Shown here piece by piece: positions 47,501 to 61,600 of a stretch of 64,000 nt of DNA; within the stretch, counting starts at the first letter, position 1, and each line of letters starts with the position of its first letter. A program made the translations under genes and the position numbers. Source of the stretch: Eledone cirrhosa (lineage: Eukaryota); NCBI GenBank assembly GCA_964016885.1, contig OZ024741.1:24676001-24740000 (forward strand), read 5' to 3'. The notes below the pieces were generated by a model. The model did not search any database and was not told the origin of the DNA. It saw only the letters and a list, made by a program, of their open reading frames with translations.

Positions 47501-49989
47501 TCTTAGTCAGGTATATATACTCTCTCAGTCAGGTATATATACTCTCTCAGTCAGGTATATATATATATATATATACTCTCTCAGTCAGGTATATATATAT
47601 ATACTCTCTTAGTCAGGTATATACACTCTCTCAGTCAGTTATATATATACTCTCAGTCAGATATATATACTCTCTCAGTCAGGTATATATACTCTCTCAG
47701 TCAGGTATATATACTCTCTCAGTCAGGTATATATACTCTCTCAGTCAGATATATATACTCTCTCAGTCTGGTATATATACTCTCTCAGTCAGGTATATAT
47801 ACTCTCTCAGTCAGGTATATATAATCTCTCAGTCAGGTATATATACTCTCTCAGTCAGGTATATATACTTTCTCAGTCAGATATATATACTCTCTCAGTC
47901 AGGTATATATACTCTCTCAGTCAGGTATATATACTCTCTCAGTCAGGTATATATAATCTCTCATTCAGATATATATACTCTCTCAGTCAGGTATATATAT
48001 ACTCTCTCAGTCAGGTATATATACACTCTCAGTCAGGTATATATACTCTCTCAGTCAGGTATATATACTCTCTCAGTCAGGTATATATACTCTCTCAGTC
48101 AGGTATATATAATCTCTCAGTCAGGTATATATACTCTCTCAGTCAGGTATATATATATATACTCTCTTAATCAGGTATATATACTCTCAGTCAGAGATAT
48201 ATATATATACTCTCTCAGACAGGTATCTATACTCTCTCAGTCAGGTATATATAATCTCTCAGTCAGGTATATATACTCTCTCAGTCAGGTATATATACAC
48301 TCTCTCAGTCAGGTATATATATACTCTCTCAGTCAGGTATATATATACTCTCTCAGTCAGGTATATATACTCTCTCAGTCAGGAATATATATATATACTC
48401 TCTTAGTCAGGTATATATACACTCTCTCAGTCAGTTACATATATACTATCTCAGTCAGGTATATATACTCTCTCAGTCAGGTATATATACTCTCTCAGTC
48501 AGGTATATATACTCTTTCAGTCAGGTATATATACTCTCTCAGTCAGGTATATATACTCTCTCAGTCAGGTATATATATACTCTCTCAGTCAGGTATATAT
48601 ACTCTCTCAGTCAGGTATATATACTCTCTCTGTCAGGTATATATACTCTCTCAGTCAGGTATATATATATATATACTCTCTCAGTCAGGTATATATATAT
48701 ATACTCTCTTAGTCAGGTATATACACGCTCTCAGTCAGTTATATATATACTCTCTCAGTCAGGTATATATACTCTCTCAGTCAGGTATATATACTCTCTC
48801 AGTCAGGTATATATACTCTCTCAGTCAGGTATATATACTCTTTCAGTCAGGTATATATACTCTCTCTGTCAGGTATATATACTCTCTCAGTGAGGTATAT
48901 ATATACTCTCTCAGTCAGGTATATATACTCTCTCAGTCAGGTATATATACTCTCTCAGTCAGGTATATATACTCTCTCAGTCAGGTATATATACTCTTTC
49001 AGTCAGGTATATATACTCTCTCAGTTAGGTATATATACTCTCTCAGTCAGGTATATATATACTCTCTCAGTCAGGTATATATACTCTCTCAGTCAGGTAT
49101 ATATACTCTCTCAGTCAGGTATATATACTCTCTCAGTCAGGTATATATACTCTCTCAGTCAGGTATATATACTCTCTCAGTCAGGTATATATACTCTCTC
49201 AGTCAGGTATATATACACTCTCTCAGTCAGATATATATATATATACTCTCTTAGTCAGGTATATATATATATACTCTCTCAGTCAGGTATATATATACTC
49301 TCTCAGTCAGATATATATATATATACTCTCTCAGTCAGGTATATATACTCTCTCAGTCAGGTATATATACTCTCTCAGTCAGGTATATATAATCTCTTAG
49401 TCAGGTATATATACTCTCTCAGTCAGATATATATATATACTCTCTTAGTCAGGTATATATGCTCTCTCAGTCAGGTATATATACTCCTCTCAGTCAGGTA
49501 TATATATATATACTCTCTTAGTCAGGTATATATACTCTCTCAGTCAGGTATATATAATCTCTCAGTCAGGTATATATACTCTCTCAGTCAGGTATATATA
49601 TACTCTCTCAGTCAGGTATATATACTCTCTCAGTCAGGTATATATACTCTCTCAGTCAGGTATATATACTCTCTCAGTCAGGTATATATACTCTCTCAGT
49701 CAGGTATATATATATATACACTCTCATAGTAAGGTATATATAATCTCTCAGTCAGATATATATACTCTCTCAGTCAGGTATATATACTCTCTCAGGCAGG
49801 TATATATACTCTCTCAGTCAGGTATATATAATCTCTCAGTCAGGTATATATACTCTCTCAGTCAGGTATATATATATACTCTCTCAGTCAGGTATATATA
49901 TATATACTCTCTCAGTCAGGTATATATATATATATACTCTCTTAGTCAGGTATATAGACTCTCTCAGTCAGGTATATATACTCTCTCAG

Positions 49990-52680
49990 TCAGGTATATA
50001 TATATATACTCTCTTAGTCAGGTATATATACTCTCTCAGTCAGGTATATATATATATATACTCTCTTAGTCAGGTATATATACTCTCTCAGTCAGGTATA
50101 TATAATCTCTCAGTCAGGTATATATACTCTCTCAGTCAGGTATATATACTCTCTCAGTCAGGTATATACACTCTCTCAGTCAGTTATATATATACTCTCT
50201 CAGTCAGGTATATATACTCTCTCAGTCAGGTATATATATATATACTCTCTCAGTCAGGTATATATATATATACTCTCTTAGTCAGGTATATATACTCTCT
50301 CAGTCAGGTATATATACTCTCTCAGTCAGGTATATATATATATATACTCTCTCAGTCAGGTATATATATATATACTCTCTTAGTCAGGTATATACACTCT
50401 CTCAGTCAGTTATATACACTCTCTCAGTCAGGTATATATAATCTCTCAGTCAGGTATATATACTCTCTCAGTCAGGTATATATACTCTCTCAGTCAGATA
50501 TATATATACTCTCTCAGTCAGGTATATATACTCTCTCAGTCAGGTATATATACTCTCTCAGTCAGGTATATATACTCTCTCAGTCAGGTATATATACTCT
50601 CTCAGTCAGGTATATATACTCTCTCAGTCAGGTATATATACTCTCTCAGTCAGGTATATATAATCTCTCAGTCAGGTATATATACTCTCTCAGTCAGGTA
50701 TATATACTCTCTCAGTCAGATATATATACTCTCTCAGTCAGGTATATATACTCTCTCAGTCAGGTATATATACTCTCTCAGTCAGGTATATATAATCTCT
50801 CAGTCAGATATATATACTCTCTCAGTCAGGTATATATATACTCTCGCAGTCAGGTATATATACTCTCTCAGTCAGGTATATATACTCTCTCAGTCAGGTA
50901 TATATACTCTCTCAGTCAGGTATATACAATCTCTCAGTCAGGTATACATACTCTCTCAGTCAGGTATATATATACTCTCTCAATCAGATATATATATATA
51001 TACTCTCTTAGTCAGGTATATATATATACTCTCTCAGTCAGGTATATATATACTCTCTCAGTCAGATATATATATATACTCTCTCAGTCAGGTATATATA
51101 CTCTCTCAGTCAGGTATATATACTCTCTCAGTCAGGTATATATAATCTCTCAGTCAGGTATATATACTCTCTCAGTCAGAGATATATATATATACTCTCT
51201 CAGACAGGTATCTATACTCTCTGTCAGGTATATATAATCTCTCAGTCAGGTATATATACTCTCTCAGTCAGGTATATATACACTCTCTCAGTCAGATATA
51301 TATACTCTCTCAGTCAGGTATATATATATACTCTCTCAGTCAGGTATATATACTCTCTCAGTCAGGTATATATATATATACTCTCTTAGTCAGGTATATA
51401 TACTCTCTCAGTCAGGTATATATATATATATACTCTCTTAGTCAGGTATATATACTCTCTCAGTCAGGTATATATAATCTCTCAGTCAGGTATATATACT
51501 CTCTCAGTCAGGTATATATACTCTCTCAGTCAGGTATATACACTCTCTCAGTCAGTTATATATATACTCTCTCAGTCAGGTATATATACTCTCTCAGTCA
51601 GGTATATATATATATACTCTCTCAGTCAGGTATATATATATATACTCTCTTAGTCAGGTATATATACTCTCTCAGTCAGGTATATATACTCTCTCAGTCA
51701 GGTATATATATATATATACTCTCTCAGTCAGGTATATATATATATACTCTCTTAGTCAGGTATATACACTCTCTCAGTCAGTTATATACACTCTCTCAGT
51801 CAGGTATATATAATCTCTCAGTCAGGTATATATACTCTCTCAGTCAGGTATATATACTCTCTCAGTCAGATATATATATACTCTCTCAGTCAGGTATATA
51901 TACTCTCTCAGTCAGGTATATATACTCTCTCAGTCAGGTATATATACTCTCTCAGTCAGGTATATATAATCTCTCAGTCAGGTATATATACTCTCTCAGT
52001 CAGGTATATATACTCTCTCAGTCAGATATATATACTCTCTCAGTCAGGTATATATACTCTCTCAGTCAGGTATATATACTCTCTCAGTCAGGTATATATA
52101 ATCTCTCAGTCAGATATATATACTCTCTCAGTCAGGTATATATATACTCTCGCAGTCAGGTATATATACTCTCTCAGTCAGGTATATATACTCTCTCAGT
52201 CAGGTATATATACTCTCTCAGTCAGGTATATACAATCTCTCAGTCAGGTATACATACTCTCTCAGTCAGGTATATATATACTCTCTCAATCAGATATATA
52301 TATATATACTCTCTTAGTCAGGTATATATATATACTCTCTCAGTCAGGTATATATATACTCTCTCAGTCAGATATATATATATACTCTCTCAGTCAGGTA
52401 TATATACTCTCTCAGTCAGGTATATATACTCTCTCAGTCAGGTATATATAATCTCTCAGTCAGGTATATATACTCTCTCAGTCAGAGATATATATATATA
52501 CTCTCTCAGACAGGTATCTATACTCTCTGTCAGGTATATATAATCTCTCAGTCAGGTATATATACTCTCTCAGTCAGGTATATATACACTCTCTCAGTCA
52601 GATATATATACTCTCTCAGTCAGGTATATATATATACTCTCTCAGTCAGGTATATATACTCTCTCAGTCAGGTATATATA
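49990..52680 (+). repeat. Nested ~1.3 kb tandem duplication inherited in the second 11.1 kb copy
   Basis: The CTCGCAG cassette is at 50845 and 52151 (offset 1306), matching 39678/40984. Confidence 0.88.
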
Positions 52681-55600
52681 TATATACTCTCTTAGTCAGG
52701 TATATATACACTCTCTCAGTCAGTTACATATATACTCTCTCCTTCAGGTATATATACTCTCTCAGTCAGGTATATATACTCTCTCAGTCAGGTATATATA
52801 CTCTTTCAGTCAGGTATATATACTCTCTCAGTCAGGTATATATACTCTCTCAGTCAGGTATATATATACTCTCTCAGTCAGGTATATATACTCTCTCAGT
52901 CAGGTATATATACTCTCTCAGTCAGGTATATATACTCTCTCAGTCAGGTATATATATATACACTCTCTCAGTCAGGTATATATAATCTCTCAGTCAGATA
53001 TATATACTCTCTCAGTCAGGTATATATACTCTCTCAGTCAGGTATATATACTCTCTCAGTCAGGTATATATACTCTCTCAGTCAGGTATATATATAATCT
53101 CTCAGTCAGTTATATATATATACTCTCTCAGTCAGGTATATATACTCTCTCAGTCAGGTATATATACTCTCTCAGTCAGGTATATATACTCTCTCAGTCA
53201 GGTATATATACTCTCTCAGTCAGGTATATATATACTCTCTCAGTCAGATATATATATATATACTCTCTTAGTCAGGTATATATATATACTCTCTCAGTCA
53301 GGTATATATATACTCTCTCAGTCAGATATATATACTCTCTCAGTCAGGTATATATAATCTCTTAGTCAGGTATATATACTCTCTCAGTCAGGTATATATA
53401 TACTCTCTCAGTCAGATATATATATATACTCTCTTAGTCAGGTATATATATATACTCTCTCAGTCAGGTATATATATACTCTCTCAGTCAGGTATATATA
53501 CTCTCTCAGTCAGGTATATATACTCTCTCAGTCAGGTATATATAATCTCTTAGTCAGGTATATATACTCTCTCAGTCAGATATATATATATACTCTCTTA
53601 GTCAGGTATACATACTCTCTCAGTCAGGTATATATACTCCTCTCAGTCAGGTATATATATACTCTCTTAATCAGGTATATATACTCTCTCAGTCAGGTAT
53701 ATATAATCTCTCAGTCAGGTATATATACTCTCTCAGTCAGGTATATATACACTCTCTCAGTCAGATATATATACTCTCTCAGTCAGGTATATATACTCTC
53801 TCTGTCAGGTATATATACTCTCTCAGTCAGGTATATATACTCTCTCAGTCAGGTATATATATATATACTCTCTCAGTCAGGTATATATATATATATACTC
53901 TCTTAGTCAGGTATATATACACTCTCTCAGTCAGTTATATATATACTCTCTCAGTCAGGTATATATACTCTCTCACTCAGGTATATATACTCTCTCAGTC
54001 GGGCATATATACTTTCTCAGTCAGGTATATATACTCTCTCAGTCAGGTATATACACTCTCTCAGTCAGGTATATACACTCTCTCAGTCAGGTATATATAC
54101 TCTCTCAGTCAGGTATATATATACTCTCTCAGTCAGATATATATATATATATATATACTCTCTTAGTCAGGTATATATAATCTCCCAGTTAGATATATAT
54201 ACTCTCTCAGTCAGGTATATATATACTCTCTCAGTCATATATATATATATATATATACTCTCTTAGTCAGGTATATATAATCTCCCAATCAGGTATATAA
54301 ACTCTCTCAGTCAGGTATATATACTCTCTCAGTCAGGTATATATATACTCTCTCAGTCAGGTATATATATACTCTCTCAGTCAGATATATATATATACTC
54401 TCTTAGTCAGGTATATATATATACTCTCTCAGTCAGGTATATATATACTCTCTCAGTCAGATATATATATATACTCTCTGAGTCAGGTATATATACTCTC
54501 TCAGTCAGGTATATATACTCTCTCAGTCAGGTATATATAATCTCTCAGTCAGGTATATATACTCTCTCAGTCAGGTATATATACTCTCTCAGTCAGGTAT
54601 ATATATACTCTCTCAGTCAGGTATATACACTCTCTCACTCAGATATATATACTCTCTCAGTCAGGTATATATATATACTCTCTCAGTCAGGTATATATAC
54701 TCTCTCAGTCAGGTATATATATACTCTCTCAGTGAGGTATATATATACTCTCTCAGTCAGGTATATATACTCTCTCAGTCAGGTATATATATATATACTC
54801 TCTTAGTCAGGTATATATACACTCTCTCAGTCAGTTATATATATACTCTCTCAGTCAGGTATATATACTCTCTCAGTCAGGTATATATACTCTCTCAGTC
54901 AGGTATATATATATATACTCTCTTAGTCAGGTATATACACTCTCTCAGTCAGTTATATATATACTCTCAGTCAGATATATATACTCTCTCAGTCAGGTAT
55001 ATATACTCTCTCAGTCAGGTATATATAATCTCTCAGTCAGGTATATATACTCTCTCAGTCAGGTATATATACTCTCTCAGTCAGGTATATATACTCTCTC
55101 AGTCAGATATATATACTCTCTCAGTCTGGTATATATACTCTCTCAGTCAGGTATATATACTCTCTCAGTCAGATATATATACTCTCTCAGTCTGGTATAT
55201 ATACTCTCTCAGTCAGGTATATATACTCTCTCAGTCAGGTATATATAATCTCTCAGTCAGGTATATATACTCTCTCAGTCAGGTATATATACTCTCTCAG
55301 TCAGATATATATACTCTCTCAGTCAGGTATATATACTCTCTCAGTCAGGTATATATACTCTCTCAGTCAGGTATATATAATCTCTCATTCAGATATATAT
55401 ACTCTCTCAGTCAGGTATATATATACTCTCTCAGTCAGGTATATATACTCTCTCAGTCAGGTATATATACTCTCTCAGTCAGGTATATATACTCTCTCAG
55501 TCAGGTATATATACTCTCTCAGTCAGGTATATATATACTCTCTGAATCAGATATATATATATATACTCTCTTAGTCAGGTATATATATATACTCTCTCAG

Positions 55601-58600
55601 TCAGGTATATACTCTCTCAGTCAGATATATATATATACTCTCTCAGTCAGGTATATATACTCTCTCAGTCAGGTATATATACTCTCTCAGTCAGGTATAT
55701 ATACTCTCTCAGTCAGGTATATATAATCTCTCAGTCAGGTATATATACTCTCTCAGTCAGGTATATATATATATACTCTCTTAATCAGGTATATATACTC
55801 TCAGTCAGAGATATATATATATACTCTCTCAGACAGGTATCTATACTCTCTCAGTCAGGTATATATAATCTCTCAGTCAGGTATATATACTCTCTCAGTC
55901 AGGTATATATACACTCTCTCAGTCAGGTATATATATACTCTCTCAGTCAGGTGTATATATACTCTCTCAGTCAGGTATATATACTCTCTCAGTCAGGAAT
56001 ATATATATATACTCTCTTAGTCAGGTATATATACACTCTCTCAGTCAGTTACATATATACTATCTCAGTCAGGTATATATACTCTCTCAGTCAGGTATAT
56101 ATACTCTCTCAGTCAGGTATATATACTCTTTCAGTCAGGTATATATACTCTCTCAGTCAGGTATATATACTCTCTCAGTCAGGTATATATATACTCTCTC
56201 AGTCAGGTATATATACTCTCTCAGTCAGGTATATATACTCTCTCAGTCAGGTATATATATATATATACTCTCTCAGTCAGGTATATATATATATACTCTC
56301 TTAGTCAGGTATATACACTCTCTCAGTCAGTTATATATATACTCTCTCAGTCAGGTATATATACTCTCTCAGTCAGGTATATATACTCTCTCAGTCAGGT
56401 ATATATACTCTCTCAGTCAGGTATATATACTCTTTCAGTCAGGTATATATACTCTCTCAGTCAGGTATATATACTCTCTCAGTGAGGTATATATATACTC
56501 TCTCAGTCAGGTATATATACTCTCTCAGTCAGGTATATATACTCTCTCAGTCAGGTATATATACTCTCTCAGTCAGGTATATATACTCTTTCAGTCAGGT
56601 ATATATACTCTCTCAGTTAGGTATATATACTCTCTCAGTCAGGTATATATATACTCTCTCAGTCAGGTATATATACTCTCTCAGTCAGGTATATATACTC
56701 TCTCAGTCAGGTATATATACTCTCTCAGTCAGGTATATATACTCTCTCAGTCAGGTATATATACTCTCTCAGTCAGGTATATATACTCTCTCAGTCAGGT
56801 ATATATACACTCTCTCAGTCAGATATATATATATATACTCTCTTAGTCAGGTATATATATATATACTCTCTCAGTCAGGTATATATATACTCTCTCAGTC
56901 AGATATATATATATATACTCTCTCAGTCAGGTATATATACTCTCTCAGTCAGGTATATATACTCTCTCAGTCAGGTATATATAATCTCTTAGTCAGGTAT
57001 ATATACTCTCTCAGTCAGATATATATATATACTCTCTTAGTCAGGTATATATGCTCTCTCAGTCAGGTATATATACTCCTCTCAGTCAGGTATATATATA
57101 TATACTCTCTTAGTCAGGTATATATACTCTCTCAGTCAGGTATATATAATCTCTCAGTCAGGTATATATACTCTCTCAGTCAGGTATATATATACTCTCT
57201 CAGTCAGGTATATATACTCTCTCAGTCAGGTATATATACTCTCTCAGTCAGGTATATATACTCTCTCAGTCAGGTATATATACTCTCTCAGTCAGGTATA
57301 TATATATATACACTCTCATAGTAAGGTATATATAATCTCTCAGTCAGATATATATACTCTCTCAGTCAGGTATATATACTCTCTCAGGCAGGTATATATA
57401 CTCTCTCAGTCAGGTATATATAATCTCTCAGTCAGGTATATATACTCTCTCAGTCAGGTATATATATATACTCTCTCAGTCAGGTATATATATATATACT
57501 CTCTCAATCAGGTATATATATATATATACTCTCTTAGTCAGGTATATAGACTCTCTCAGTCAGGTATATATACTCTCTCAGTCAGGTATATATATATATA
57601 CTCTCTTAGTCAGGTATATATACTCTCTCAGTCAGGTATATATATATATATACTCTCTTAGTCAGGTATATATACTCTCTCAGTCAGGTATATATAATCT
57701 CTCAGTCAGGTATATATACTCTCTCAGTCAGGTATATATACTCTCTCAGTCAGGTATATACACTCTCTCAGTCAGTTATATATATACTCTCTCAGTCAGG
57801 TATATATACTCTCTCAGTCAGGTATATATATATATACTCTCTCAGTCAGGTATATATATATATACTCTCTTAGTCAGGTATATATACTCTCTCAGTCAGG
57901 TATATATACTCTCTCAGTCAGGTATATATATATATATATACTCTCTCAGTCAGGTATATATATTTATACTCTCTTAGTCAGGTATATACACTCTCTCAGT
58001 CAGTTATATACACTCTCTCAGTCAGGTATATATAATCTCTCAGTCAGGTATATATACTCTCTCAGTCAGGTATATATACTCTCTCAGTCAGATATATATA
58101 CTCTCTCAGTCAGGTATATATACTCTCTCAGTCAGGTATATATACTCTCTCAGTCAGATATATATAATCTCTCAGTCAGGTATATATACTCTCTCAGTCA
58201 GGTATATATACTCTCTCAGTCAGATATATATACTCTCTCAGTCAGGTATATATACTCTCTCAGTCAGGTATATATACTCTCTCAGTCAGGTATATATAAT
58301 CTCTCAGTCAGATATATATACTCTCTCAGTCAGGTATATATATACTCTCGCAGTCAGGTATATATACTCTCTCAGTCAGGTATATATACTCTCTCAGTCA
58401 GGTATATATACTCTCTCAGTCAGGTATATACAATCTCTCAGTCAGGTATACATACTCTCTCAGTCAGGTATATATATATACTCTCTCAATCAGATATATA
58501 TATATATACTCTCTTAGTCAGGTATATATATATATACTCTCTCAGTCAGGTATATATATACTCTCTCAGTCAGATATATATATATACTCTCTCAGTCAGG

Positions 58601-61600
58601 TATATATACTCTCTCAGTCAGGTATATATACTCTCTCAGTGAGGTATATATAATCTCTCAGTCAGGTATATATACTCTCTCAGTCAGTTATATATATATA
58701 CTCTCTTAATCAGGTATATATACTCTCAGTCAGAGATATATATATATACTCTCTCAGACAGGTATCTATACTCTCTGTCAGGTATATATAATCTCTCAGT
58801 CAGGTATATATATATACTCTCTCAGTCAGGTATATATACTCTCTCAGTCAGGTAAATATACTCTCTCAGTCAGGTATATATAATCTCTCAGTCAGGTATA
58901 TATACTCTCTCAGTCAGGTATATATACACTCTCTCAGTCAGGTATATATATACTCTCTCAGTCAGGTATATATATACTCTCTCAGTCAGGTATATATACT
59001 CTCTCAGTCAGGTATATATATATATACTCTCTTAGTCAGGTATATATACACTCTCTCAGTCAGTTACATATATACTCTCTCAGTCAGGTATATATACTCT
59101 CTCAGTCAGGTATATATACTCTTTCAGTCAGGTATATATACTCTCTCAGTCAGGTATATATAATCTCTCAGTCAGATATATATACTCTCTCAGTCAGGTA
59201 TATATACTCTCTCAGTCAGGTATATATACTCTCTCAGTCAGTTATATATAATCTCTCAGTCAGGTATATATACTCTCTCAGTCAGGTATATATACTCTCT
59301 CAGTCAGGTATATACACTCTCTCAGTCAGTTATATATATATACTCTCTCAGTCAGGTATATATACTCTCTCAGTCAGGTATATATAATCTCTCAGTCAGT
59401 TATATATATATACTCTCTCAGTCAGGTATATATACTCTCTCAGTCAGGTATATATACTCTCTCAGTCAGGTATATATAATCTCTCAGTCAGGTATATATA
59501 CTCTCTCAGTCAGGTATATATACTCTCTCAGTCAGGTATATACACTCTCTCAGTCAGTTATATATATACTCTCTCAGTCAGGTATATATACTCTCTCAGT
59601 CAGGTATATATATATATACTCTCTCAGTCAGGTATATATATATATACTCTCTTAGTCAGGTATATATACTCTCTCAGTCAGGTATATATACTCTCTCAGT
59701 CAGGTATATATATATATATACTCTCTCAGTCAGGTATATATATATATACTCTTTTAGTCAGGTATATACACTCTCTCAGTCAGTTATATACACTCTCTCA
59801 GTCAGGTATATATAATCTCTCAGTCAGGTATATATACTCTCTCAGTCAGGTATATATACTCTCTCAGTCAGATATATATATACTCTCTCAGTCAGGTATA
59901 TATACTCTCTCAGTCAGGTATATATACTCTCTCAGTCAGGTATATATAATCTCTCAGTCAGGTATATATACTCTCTCAGTCAGGTATATATACTCTCTCA
60001 GTCAGATATATATACTCTCTCAGTCAGGTATATATACTCTCTCAGTCAGGTATATATACTCTCTCAGTCAGGTATATATAATCTCTCAGTCAGATATATA
60101 TACTCTCTCAGTCAGGTATATATATACTCTCGCAGTCAGGTATATATACTCTCTCAGTCAGGTATATATACTCTCTCAGTCAGGTATATATACTCTCTCA
60201 GTCAGGTATATACAATCTCTCAGTCAGGTATACATACTCTCTCAGTCAGGTATATATATACTCTCTCAATCGGATATATATATATATACTCTCTTAGTCA
60301 GGTATATATATATACTCTCTCAGTCAGGTATATATATACTCTCTCAGTCAGATATATATATATACTCTCTCAGTCAGGTATATATACTCTCTCAGTCAGG
60401 TATATATACTCTCTCAGTCAGGTATATATAATCTCTCAGTCAGGTATATATACTCTCTCAGTCAGAGATATATATATATACTCTCTCAGACAGGTATCTA
60501 TACTCTCTGTCAGGTATATATAATCTCTCAGTCAGGTATATATACTCTCTCAGACAGGTATCTATACTCTCTGTCAGGTATATATAATCTCTCAGTCAGG
60601 TATATATACTCTCTCAGACAGGTATCTATACTCTCTGTCAGGTATATATAATCTCTCAGTCAGGTATATATACTCTCTCAGACAGGTATCTATACTCTCT
60701 GTCAGGTATATATAATCTCTCAGTCAGGTATATATACTCTCTCAGTCAGGTATATATACACTCTCTCAGTCAGATATATATACTCTCTCAGTCAGGTATA
60801 TATATATACTCTCTCAGTCAGGTATATATACTCTCTCAGTCAGGTATATATATATATACTCTCTTAGTCAGGTATATATACACTCTCTCAGTCAGTTACA
60901 TATATACTCTCTCCTTCAGGTATATATACTCTCTCAGTCAGGTATATATACTCTCTCAGTCAGGTATATATACTCTTTCAGTCAGGTATATATACTCTCT
61001 CAGTCAGGTATATATACTCTCTCAGTCAGGTATATATATACTCTCTCAGTCAGGTATATATACTCTCTCAGTCAGGTATATATACTCTCTCAGTCAGGTA
61101 TATATACTCTCTCAGTCAGGTATATATATATACACTCTCTCAGTCAGGTATATATAATCTCTCAGTCAGATATATATACTCTCTCAGTCAGGTATATATA
61201 CTCTCTCAGTCAGGTATATATACTCTCTCAGTCAGGTATATATATAATCTCTCAGTCAGTTATATATATATACTCTCTCAGTCAGGTATATATACTCTCT
61301 CAGTCAGGTATATATACTCTCTCAGTCAGGTATATATACTCTCTCAGTCAGGTATATATACTCTCTCAGTCAGGTATATATATACTCTCTCAGTCAGATA
61401 TATATATATATACTCTCTTAGTCAGGTATATATATATACTCTCTCAGTCAGGTATATATATACTCTCTCAGTCAGATATATATACTCTCTCAGTCAGGTA
61501 TATATAATCTCTTAGTCAGGTATATATACTCTCTCAGTCAGGTATATATATACTCTCTCAGTCAGATATATATATATACTCTCTTAGTCAGGTATATATA

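Larger units (their letters stand above)
31050..53350 (+). repeat. Tandem duplication of an ~11.1 kb higher-order block (copy 1 ~31050-42150, copy 2 ~42150-53350)
   Basis: Offset 11101 for CACGT 31449/42550, CCCAGTTAG 33520/44621, AGGTAATACA 33951/45052 and CAGAGAGGTATCTATACTTTC ~35101/46202. Offset 11169 for CACGCTC 37555/48724, CATAGTAAGG 38556/49725 and identical pseudo-ORFs 37721/48890. Confidence 0.95.
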
